Below, one piece after another: positions 53,915 through 64,000 of a stretch of DNA of 64,000 bases. The notes below the pieces were generated by a model. It was not told the DNA's origin. It did not search any database and saw only the letters and a list, made by a program, of their open reading frames with translations. Made by a program: the position numbers and the translations under genes. How positions within the stretch are numbered: the first letter of the stretch is position 1; every line of letters begins with the position of its first letter. Source of the DNA: Actinomycetota bacterium (GTDB lineage: Bacteria > Actinomycetota > UBA4738 > JBBDHU01); assembly GCA_040880705.1 (NCBI GenBank), contig JBBDHU010000006.1:422832-486831 (forward strand), read 5' to 3'.

Positions 53915-54907
53915 ATGCCTTACGCGCGGTCATCGGGCCCACCTATTTTTGTCGTCGGATGTGGTCGCTCCGGGACCACGATGCTACGTCTGATGCTCGA
54001 TTCACATCCGGAGCTCGCCATCCCGGGCGAGTCGCAATTCATCCCGGCGATCTATAGGAATCGGGAACACTACGTTTCCGGCGGCCGCTTGGACGCCCGG
54101 CGAATGGCCCGCGACATCCTGGGGCGTAGGAATGTGCTGCGGTGGCGCGTGCCCAACGACGCAGTGTTCGATCGCATACGGGAGATATCGGAACCGGATA
54201 TCGCGGATGTGGTCGAGTCGGTGTTCATGGAATACGCGCTCGCTCGCGGAAAGACACGCTGGGGCGACAAGACGCCTCGACACGTGATGTGGATGGATCG
54301 ACTTTCCGACCTCTTCCCCTCGGCTCTATTCGTTCACGTGATCCGCGATGGCCGCGACGTATCGCTGTCCTATGCCGACAAACCGTGGGGGCCCAGAAAC
54401 GCTTGGGAATCTGCCCGCTTGTGGCGGCGCGCGATCACTGCCGGTTTGCGGGCCCGGGACCAGCTGGGAAGGGAGCGTTACCTTGAAGTCCGGTACGAGC
54501 GGCTTGTTTCGGACCCCGAGGCAACCGTCGGGGCAATCTGCGCGTTCGCCCGCCTAGACTTCCACGAATCCATGCTGGACTACTACAAAGACGCCTCGGA
54601 ACGACTCATGATCTCGGCGGAGCAGGTTCGTTTTCATGCCTCCTCGACGGCGCCACCGAGGATCGGAATTCGAGATTGGAGAACCCAGATGAGTGAGGGT
54701 GACGTTCGCGCGTTCGAGTCCGCGGCCGGGGAGGAACTCGGCCTCTTGGGATATGAGCGGCGGTACCCGAGCATGCCGGCACGGTCGAGGGCACTCTCCG
54801 CTGCCGTAATGCAGGGCCTAGAACTCCGGATTCTCGGATCTCGCCTCAAGGCCGCCCTGGCCCGAGGTTCGCACAGGGCCCACGGCTCAGCATCGGACGG
54901 CCCGTAG
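53915..54907 (+). CDS. sulfotransferase family protein (PAPS-dependent, Stf-like), paralog 3
   Basis: PIFVVGCGRSGTTMLRLMLDSHPELAIPGESQF (5'-PSB) and IRDGRDVSLSY (3'-PB) are present. The protein is collinear with the other two paralogs throughout. Confidence 0.75.
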   Translation: MPYARSSGPPIFVVGCGRSGTTMLRLMLDSHPELAIPGESQFIPAIYRNREHYVSGGRLDARRMARDILGRRNVLRWRVPNDAVFDRIREISEPDIADVVESVFMEYALARGKTRWGDKTPRHVMWMDRLSDLFPSALFVHVIRDGRDVSLSYADKPWGPRNAWESARLWRRAITAGLRARDQLGRERYLEVRYERLVSDPEATVGAICAFARLDFHESMLDYYKDASERLMISAEQVRFHASSTAPPRIGIRDWRTQMSEGDVRAFESAAGEELGLLGYERRYPSMPARSRALSAAVMQGLELRILGSRLKAALARGSHRAHGSASDGP

Positions 54908-54912
54908 AGGCG

Positions 54913-56319
54913 GTGCCCGCCGATCTAACCTTCCGCTGCGTCTTCCGCGCGGTGGACTATCCTTTCCTCGGTGAGGGGGACAGCTTGAGTATCGAAACCT
55001 CGAGCAGCGCGAACGTCGGTGTCGATCCGCTCGACGTCCTGGCCGCGCGCATCCGCACGAAGGACGCGAAGGCCGCGGTCGTCGGCCTCGGTTACGTGGG
55101 CCTGCCGCTTTTCACGACCATCTCGGCGGCGGGGTTCGAAACGATCGGCGTCGATGCCGACACGGCAAAGATCGACACGCTGGCCAAGCGCCAGTCGTAC
55201 ATAGCCGACATTTCGGATTCGGTGATCGCCAGCTTGGAACAAGCGAGCTTCCACTCGGATCCCGCGGCGCTACGCAACGCAGACGTGATCATGATCTGTG
55301 TTCCCACGCCACTCACGGATCACACACCGGACCTCTCGCAGGTTCGCGCGGCCACCCAGGACGTGGCCAACAACCTCGCGCCGGGACGCCTGATCATCCT
55401 GGAATCCACTACATATCCTGGAACTACCGAGGAACTCGTGAGGCCGATACTCGAAACCTCGGGATTGCAGGCCGGGCGGGATTTTGCGCTGGCCTACTCG
55501 CCGGAGCGGATCGACCCGGGCCAGCAGGATCACCTGGTCGAGAACACGCCCAAGATCGTTGCCGGACTCGGCGAGCGCGCTCGCGAGCTGGCGACCTCGT
55601 TCTACAGCCAGTTCGTTCGCGAGGTAGTGGCGACATCAACTCCGCGGGAAGCAGAGATGGCGAAGCTCATAGAGAACACTTTCCGTCAAGTCAACATCGC
55701 GCTTGTGAACGAGCTGGCGATCCTAGCGCGGGACTTGGGCGTGGACATCTGGGAGGCGCTCGAGGCAGCCAGCACGAAACCGTTCGGATACATGCCGTTC
55801 TGGCCGGGCCCGGGAGTCGGCGGACACTGCATATCGATTGACCCCTCGTACTTGTCGTGGCGCGCCGGACAGCAAGTCGGATACAGAATCGGTTTCATCG
55901 AACACGCCAACGAGGTCAACAATCGTATGCCCGACTATGTAGTCGCCCGTCTCGGTGAGGCTCTGAACGATGCGGGCAAGCCCATCCGAGGGTCGAAGAT
56001 CCTCGCGGTGGGGGTCGCGTACAAACCCGAGGTGGACGACCGCCGGGAATCGCCTGCGCTGGCCGTGCTCGACCGCCTGGCGAACAAGGGAGCCTCCCTG
56101 TCGTTCCACGATCCGTTCGTGAGGTCGATCACGCTCGACGGCAACGAGCTGGAGTCCCGCGAGCTGGACGAGGAAGCGGTCGCCGAGCAGGACTGCGTCG
56201 TGATCCTGACTCCGCACAAGACCGTTGACTACTTGCGGCTTCTGCGCCTAGCGCCCCTGGTGTTCGACACACGCGGGATCACGAGCGGACTCGACGCGCC
56301 GAACGTCATTCGCCTGTAG
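54913..56319 (+). CDS. nucleotide-sugar dehydrogenase (UDP-N-acetyl-D-glucosamine / UDP-ManNAc 6-dehydrogenase family, WbpA/WecC/Cap5O-like)
   Basis: NAD motif AVVGLGYVGLP, a catalytic Cys region (PGPGVGGHCISID) and a UDPG_MGDP_dh C-terminal domain. The true start may be the internal GTG near 55018. The first roughly 35 codons (MPADLTFRCVFRAVDYP) are atypical. Confidence 0.85.
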   Translation: MPADLTFRCVFRAVDYPFLGEGDSLSIETSSSANVGVDPLDVLAARIRTKDAKAAVVGLGYVGLPLFTTISAAGFETIGVDADTAKIDTLAKRQSYIADISDSVIASLEQASFHSDPAALRNADVIMICVPTPLTDHTPDLSQVRAATQDVANNLAPGRLIILESTTYPGTTEELVRPILETSGLQAGRDFALAYSPERIDPGQQDHLVENTPKIVAGLGERARELATSFYSQFVREVVATSTPREAEMAKLIENTFRQVNIALVNELAILARDLGVDIWEALEAASTKPFGYMPFWPGPGVGGHCISIDPSYLSWRAGQQVGYRIGFIEHANEVNNRMPDYVVARLGEALNDAGKPIRGSKILAVGVAYKPEVDDRRESPALAVLDRLANKGASLSFHDPFVRSITLDGNELESRELDEEAVAEQDCVVILTPHKTVDYLRLLRLAPLVFDTRGITSGLDAPNVIRL

Positions 56320-57058
56320 CGCCCGCCGGTTTCTCCTCGATGAACACGCGCCTTAGAAAGATGTTCTCCGTAGGCGTCTCGCCGTCTTTCTCTACCGGTA
56401 CGGTCTCGATCTTCTTGGCGACATCGAGACCCTCCACGATCTTGCCGAAGACCGTGTAGTCGCCCGGAATGTTCTTGTACCCCTCGCCCGTCACGATGAA
56501 GAACTGGCTGCCGGCCGAGTTCGGTTGTCCCGTATTCGCCATGGCCAGTGCCCCTACAGAAAGGGGCGGAGAGGTCTGGAACTCGTCCTCGATCGTGTAG
56601 CCGGGACCGCCGGTTCCGTCGGCGAGGGGATCCCCGTTCTGAATGATGTCTATTGATTTCGCCACCCGGTGAAACGGCATCCCCGCGTACCAGCTTCGAT
56701 CCACCAGGCTGATGAAGTTGTTCACGGCGATCGGAGTCTGCTTCGCGAATAACCGGAAGCTCATCTGTCCGCAGGAAGTGTTCATCACGGCCGTGTACTC
56801 CTTGGTGGGATCGATCTCCATGGGCGGGGGACTCGAGCGCTCCACCCTGGCGGGTACCACGCCGGGAGCCTTCGGATCGCAGGTGGGCTCGACGACATCC
56901 GGCCTCGTGAGAAAGACGAAGGCCCCGATAGCGGCCGCAGCTGCGACAACCCCGGCGGCCACGGCTGCGGCTATGCGGCGGCGCTTTCCGCGCCGGCGCT
57001 CCTCGATGCGCTTGGCGGCGGACTTCGCCAGCTGTCTCTCTCGCGTCTTCTTGGCCAT
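56306..57058 (-). CDS. membrane-anchored peptidyl-prolyl cis-trans isomerase, cyclophilin type
   Basis: A basic N-terminus and a TM anchor (IAAAVAAGVVAAAAAIGAFVFL), then cyclophilin motifs (FHRVAKSIDIIQNGDP, ALAMANTGQPNSAGSQFFI, YTVFGKIVEG). Confidence 0.85.
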   Translation of the reverse strand: MAKKTRERQLAKSAAKRIEERRRGKRRRIAAAVAAGVVAAAAAIGAFVFLTRPDVVEPTCDPKAPGVVPARVERSSPPPMEIDPTKEYTAVMNTSCGQMSFRLFAKQTPIAVNNFISLVDRSWYAGMPFHRVAKSIDIIQNGDPLADGTGGPGYTIEDEFQTSPPLSVGALAMANTGQPNSAGSQFFIVTGEGYKNIPGDYTVFGKIVEGLDVAKKIETVPVEKDGETPTENIFLRRVFIEEKPAGATGE

Positions 57059-57069
57059 GGGCGAAAAGA

Positions 57070-58452
57070 CTACCTGCTCCGCAGTAATTCGGCGGCGAGA
57101 CCGTCAAGGATGTCTTCCTCCGAGACGAGCGCCGAACCGAAACCCCACCTGCGCATGACCGCCACGAGGATTGTGGCACCGGCCACGATGACGTCCTCGC
57201 GCCCTGGAGGCATCACGGGAAGAGCCCCCCGTTCCGAAGTCGTCATGGAAACCAGGGCCTCGCGAACGCGTTCCGCCTCGGTGAGAGATAGCTCCGTACG
57301 GTGAACGGCCTCCGGGTCGTAGCGCGCCAAGCCCAATGCGATTCCCTTAACAGTCGTGGCCGTGCCGGCAACCGTTATCAAGGTCCTAGCGTCACTCACC
57401 CGAACACTCGACTCGGCCTCGCCGAGCGTCCTTTCGATCTCGCGCGACATCGCCTCCAAGTCGTGTTCGGACGGCGGATCGGTACCGACGAAGCGCTCGC
57501 TTAGTCGAACGCTCCCCATCTGGGTGGAAACGGCGGATTCAGGCTCGCCGGTTCCTAAGACGAACTCGGTTGATCCTCCGCCGATGTCGACGACGAGATA
57601 GGGCCCGGGGCGATCCAATCCCCGGGTGGCCCCCAGGAAGGAGAGAACTGCCTCCTCCTCGCCCGTGAGGATCTCGAGCTCCGATCCCGTGTTGCGGAGG
57701 ACCGCTTCCTGAAGTTCCTCGCGGTTGGCCGCGTCCCGAACCGCGCTGGTTGCAGCCACCCGAATGCGTTCGGCATGCAGAGCTCGCGCGCGGCGGCAGT
57801 AGCGCTCCAGGACCTCGACCGTTCGCCGAAGCGCCTCTGGGTCGATGCGCCCCGTCTGATCCACACCTTTGCCTATGCGGGTTATCACCATGTCGCGGGC
57901 GAGTTCGACCGGCTCGCCGTTGCGGGGTTCCACGACGAGCAGCCTGATGGAATTCGTGCCGAGGTCTATGGCCGCCGCGCGCCCATCGCGCTCCCTGTGG
58001 ATGGGCTCGACCTTGGAAGCAACCCAGTCACCGACGGGATCCCGGCCGCCGGCCAGATGGTTCGCGTAGTGGGCGTGCAGGCACTTCACGCCACGCTGCG
58101 TGCCGCCGACGCCCCCCCGGGCCTCGGCTTCAGGGTAAGGTCGCGCCCGTTCACCTGCGTATTCCTGGTGCGCCTGCTCCAAGGCGTTCGCAAACTCGGG
58201 GTCGCGCTCCGCTCGCTCATTCAGTTCCGCGATCGCACCGGCGGCCTCGATCCGCGACACCTTCCTTACCGCGTCGGGACACGTGAGCCAAAAGAGCGTG
58301 GGAAAAGGCTTCCCGTCTGCGTCCAGAGGCTCGTTTCGAATGACGAGCGGGTGATCCTCCGAACATCGGGCTGCGACCGTGAACGAGGTGGTTGGCTCGC
58401 GGCCCAGTTGCTCCCGGACCTTACTGAGGTCGCTCTCGCGAAGTTCGCCCAA
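57070..58452 (-). CDS. fusion protein: N-terminal DUF501 domain + C-terminal Ppx/GppA-family exopolyphosphatase
   Basis: N-terminus VIRNEPLDADGKPFPTLFWLTCP...GVKCLHAHYANHLAGG is DUF501. The C-terminus AAAIDLGTNSIRLLVVE...LVVDIGGGSTEF is the Ppx/GppA actin-like ATPase fold. The two domains are separate adjacent genes in many actinobacteria. Confidence 0.8.
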   Translation of the reverse strand: MGELRESDLSKVREQLGREPTTSFTVAARCSEDHPLVIRNEPLDADGKPFPTLFWLTCPDAVRKVSRIEAAGAIAELNERAERDPEFANALEQAHQEYAGERARPYPEAEARGGVGGTQRGVKCLHAHYANHLAGGRDPVGDWVASKVEPIHRERDGRAAAIDLGTNSIRLLVVEPRNGEPVELARDMVITRIGKGVDQTGRIDPEALRRTVEVLERYCRRARALHAERIRVAATSAVRDAANREELQEAVLRNTGSELEILTGEEEAVLSFLGATRGLDRPGPYLVVDIGGGSTEFVLGTGEPESAVSTQMGSVRLSERFVGTDPPSEHDLEAMSREIERTLGEAESSVRVSDARTLITVAGTATTVKGIALGLARYDPEAVHRTELSLTEAERVREALVSMTTSERGALPVMPPGREDVIVAGATILVAVMRRWGFGSALVSEEDILDGLAAELLRSR

Positions 58453-58463
58453 AGGGCGCGGCC

Positions 58464-58829
58464 TTACTTGCGCTTGTTCATGACGGAGCGCTTGACGTCG
58501 ACCTGGCGCTCCTCGCTTTGGCGCATGAACCTTCGAAGCTTCTGTTCGAACTGGGGGTCGCTGCCTCGGCTTCGCTGCACGCTCGGCTGCGGGTCCTGCA
58601 GCGCCTTGATCGAGAGGTCGATCTTGCCGTCGTCCTTTATCGCGAGAACCTTCGCCTGGATGGTGTCCGACTCACGGAGATATTCCTTGACGTCTTTCAC
58701 ATAATTCCGGTCGATCTCTGAGATATGGATGAGGCCTAGCTTTCCTCCCTCGAGCTGGATGAACGCGCCATAGGGAGTTATTCGCTGAACGGTCCCCTCA
58801 ACGACCGCTCCGACCTCTACGTCTGCTAT
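58464..58829 (-). CDS. S1 RNA-binding domain protein (general-stress-protein-13/YabR-like); start codon is non-canonical or uncertain
   Basis: The open frame from the TAG at 58839-58841 translates to EAEIADVEVGAVVEGTVQRITPYGAFIQLEGGKLGLIHISEIDRNYVKDVKEYLRESDTIQAKVLAIKDDGKIDLSIKAL..., which is a complete S1 fold. The first canonical start (GTG 58700) lies in the middle of the domain. An AGGAGG is followed 5 nt later by ATA at 58829. Confidence 0.55.
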   Translation of the reverse strand: MADVEVGAVVEGTVQRITPYGAFIQLEGGKLGLIHISEIDRNYVKDVKEYLRESDTIQAKVLAIKDDGKIDLSIKALQDPQPSVQRSRGSDPQFEQKLRRFMRQSEERQVDVKRSVMNKRK

Positions 58830-58933
58830 CTCTGCCTCCTAGTGCTCTGCCAAGCATCTTGCCTGCTCAGCGACCGGAAAGCTGAACTATCCCACCGGGC
58901 CGATGGGCCGTCAAATAAGCCGGGATTTCGGGC

Positions 58934-62109
<3,176 letters not shown>

Positions 62110-62113
<4 letters not shown>

Positions 62114-62916
62114 GCCCTGTTCCGAAAGTAAGCCAGCAGATCGACGTCCGACATCGCCGAGAGATCCACGCCTTCGGCCTTCGCGCGCTCGATCGTGGAT
62201 TCGTAACGATTCGCGAACTTGGTTGTGGTTCGCCGGAGGGCACTTTCGGGATCCACGCCTAAGCTTCGCGCGACCGCCGCAGCGGCGAACAGCACCTCGC
62301 CCAGCTCCTCCTCGGCATTCTCGGGCGACGCACCGTCAAGTTCGCCTACCTCCTCACGCAGTTTCGCCATGGCGGCATCCTTCGTTCGCCATTCGAATCC
62401 GGAACCGGCCGCACGCCTCTGCACCTTTGACGCGCGGGCGAGCGCCGGCAGGGTCTTCGGAATGTCGTGCTCCACACCGTGTTCGCCCTTCTCCTCCGAT
62501 TTGATCCGCTCCCAGTTCACGAGCACTTCGCCGGCCGAGTCCACTTCAGCATCGCCGAACACGTGAGGGTGGCGTCTGATCAGCTTTCGCACGATCCCCT
62601 CGGCCACATCGTCTATGTCGTACTCGCCCTCCTCGCGTGCAATCTCGGCGTGGAACACGACCTGAAGTAGCAGATCGCCGAGTTCGTCCCGCAGGCGGCC
62701 GGCGTCATCCGAATCGATCGCGTCTATGACCTCATGCGTCTCCTCCAGAAGATGCTTGGCCAGCGATCGGTGATCCTGCTCACGGTCCCATGGGCATCCA
62801 CCGGGAGCACGAAGCCGGGCCATCACCCGGATGAGATCGAGAAGCTGCTCGCCGTTTCGGCCGGAAGGAACCGGGCCATCGGGGACATCGGAGCGCACAC
62901 CGTCCCCCGTCGTCAC
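62110..62916 (-). CDS. mazG: nucleoside triphosphate pyrophosphohydrolase MazG
   Basis: Two MazG EExxE motifs are present (LLEETHEVIDAI...ELGDLLLQVVFHA and REEVGELDGA...ELGEVLFAAAAVARSLG). Length is 268 aa. Confidence 0.85.
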
Positions 62917-63872
62917 GGCGAGGCCTGGGTCGTCTCCTCGGCAGTGCTCGTAATAGGAACGATGCGTCCGTCCTCGTTCAGTCTGCCGTAACGGGGGTTG
63001 ACCTCGACGTCCGCCTCTTCTATCCGGTCGACGAGCCAGTTCGCGAAGAGCTCGTTGGTCAGCGGCCCGGCAAGCTGGTCGCGGGCTTGCGCAAAAGGAA
63101 CAACGTCGGAGCCGATCACCCGGATCACGTGCCAGCCGAACTGCGACTGCACCGGCCCCACGATCTCGCCGGGCTTGGCTTCGAGCGCAGCGTTGGCGAA
63201 CTCCGGCACCAGCGACGAAGCGGGGGTTTGCCCGAGGTCGCCGCCCTTCTTCGCGGAGCCCGGATCGGTAGAGAACTGCCTGGCCAGAGCCGCGAAGTTC
63301 GCCGGTGTGGCACGCCGCGCGATAGCCGCCGCCTCGGGCTGGGTCTTCACCAGGATGTGCGCGGCATGAAGCGTTGTGAACTCGGTCAGCCTGTCCTGAT
63401 ACGCCCGGCGCAGTTCGGCCTCATCAACTTGGTCTTGTCCGACCGCGAGCTGCACCTCCTGGAACAGGACGAGCCTGCCGGCGAACGCGCGAAACTCGGC
63501 CGGCGTCACGCCGTCGTCGGCCAGGATCTGGTTGAACTGCGCCTCGCCGCCCGCTGGTCCCGAAACCTGGGCGAGCGCTGCGTCGATCTGCGCCGGCGAT
63601 GCGCTCACGGAATTCTCACGCGCGTACGCCTTCACGACGTCTTCCTGGATCAGGAACCCCAGCGCGAAACGCGCGCAAGCCTTATCGGCAGCGTCACCCG
63701 GCGCCGGAGGCGTCTGGCTCGTCTGGCCGCACGCCGTATTCGAAAGCTTCGAGAGGAATTCGAACATCGGGACGGTGGTCCGAACCTGGTGGTCGGTGAT
63801 TCGCTCTCCGTTGACGACGGCGGCAGGAGGCTGTGCCCCCGAACATGCGGCCAACACCATTAGGACAAGCAT
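62913..63872 (-). CDS. parvulin-type peptidyl-prolyl isomerase lipoprotein (PrsA/SurA-like)
   Basis: Start placed at ATG 63872 (MLVLMVLAACSG, lipobox LAAC). The parvulin motifs are LHAAHILVKTQ, FSTDPGSAKKGGDLG and GPVQSQFGWHVIRV. The track's longer N-terminus is Arg-rich and unlikely. Confidence 0.75.
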   Translation of the reverse strand: MLVLMVLAACSGAQPPAAVVNGERITDHQVRTTVPMFEFLSKLSNTACGQTSQTPPAPGDAADKACARFALGFLIQEDVVKAYARENSVSASPAQIDAALAQVSGPAGGEAQFNQILADDGVTPAEFRAFAGRLVLFQEVQLAVGQDQVDEAELRRAYQDRLTEFTTLHAAHILVKTQPEAAAIARRATPANFAALARQFSTDPGSAKKGGDLGQTPASSLVPEFANAALEAKPGEIVGPVQSQFGWHVIRVIGSDVVPFAQARDQLAGPLTNELFANWLVDRIEEADVEVNPRYGRLNEDGRIVPITSTAEETTQASP

Positions 63873-63896
63873 GATCGGGAACGCGCGACGGGCTCT

Positions 63897-64000
63897 CACC
63901 GGGCAAGTATATCGGCGGGCTCGTTTTCGCCGAGCGCCGACACCAGCGCACGCTCGACCCAAAGGGGAAGCTCCGGCCCGGGAACTCCTTTGGGAACCAG
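63897..64000 (-). CDS. 3' end (partial, 34 codons) of an upstream gene, ending ...LVSALGENEPADILAR*
   Basis: An open frame enters from the window edge and stops at TGA 63897-63899, 24 nt before the PPIase start. Its identity cannot be determined from 34 residues. Confidence 0.3.

Noticed and set aside
41116-56319. A mobile-element explanation for the triplicated sulfotransferases (for example IS-mediated tandem duplication)
   Set aside because: No transposase, integrase, recombinase or terminal inverted repeats were found. The three paralogs are diverged in sequence (different residues at most positions) and separated by unrelated genes, so they are old paralogs, not recent copies.
56229-57179. 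316-aa Arg-rich minus-strand ORF overlapping the cyclophilin and Ppx genes
   Set aside because: It is an alternate frame of two well-supported genes and has extreme Arg/Gly content.

Overview
This is a high-GC (about 65-70% by eye), densely coding, actinobacterial-type chromosome segment. I can support about 70 CDS, one tRNA-Leu, two terminator-like hairpins, one promoter and two in-frame tandem repeats. There is no CRISPR array and no transposase or integrase. The ORF track counts GTG and TTG as starts, and the many Arg/Pro-rich alternate-frame ORFs are high-GC artefacts.

Main blocks:
- 1-7400: DUF3090/SCO1664 pair, ogt, a plus-strand run of membrane/secreted genes, a zinc-ribbon rhomboid protease and thioredoxin-fold proteins.
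- 7369-23989: one long minus-strand run. Order of transcription is a Flp/Tad pilus locus (flp, tadE, tadG-like, cpaB, cpaE, cpaF, a VWA-TadB fusion, tadC), then a coproporphyrin-type heme operon (hemE, hemH, hemQ, hemC, hemD, hemB), then pheA and a PQQ-like propeller protein.
- 23981-34542: envelope genes (membrane protein, DUF255 thioredoxin protein, M15 peptidase, ECF sigma with zf-HC2 anti-sigma, TolB-like propeller, cyclophilin).
- 34726-40837: secreted hydrolases (sulfatase, phospholipase C/acid phosphatase family) and a 485-aa RTX/beta-roll protein.
- 41116-56319: the most interesting region. It is a lower-GC glycan biosynthesis and export locus with three paralogous PAPS-type sulfotransferases. 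It also holds PglF/PglE-like amino-sugar genes, an epimerase, a UDP-sugar dehydrogenase, two GT2 and two GT4 glycosyltransferases, a Wzm/Wzt ABC exporter and a second small RTX-like protein. A tRNA-Leu sits inside it and a GH15 gene remnant sits at its edge. It looks like an acquired sulfated cell-surface glycan system.
- 56306-64000: conserved mazG-eno-ftsB-ppx neighbourhood, with a DUF501-Ppx fusion, an S1-domain gene lacking a canonical start and an extra GT4 gene.

The other main oddities are a 4x 15-bp in-frame repeat inside hemC and hemC's conserved N-terminus having no canonical start codon.
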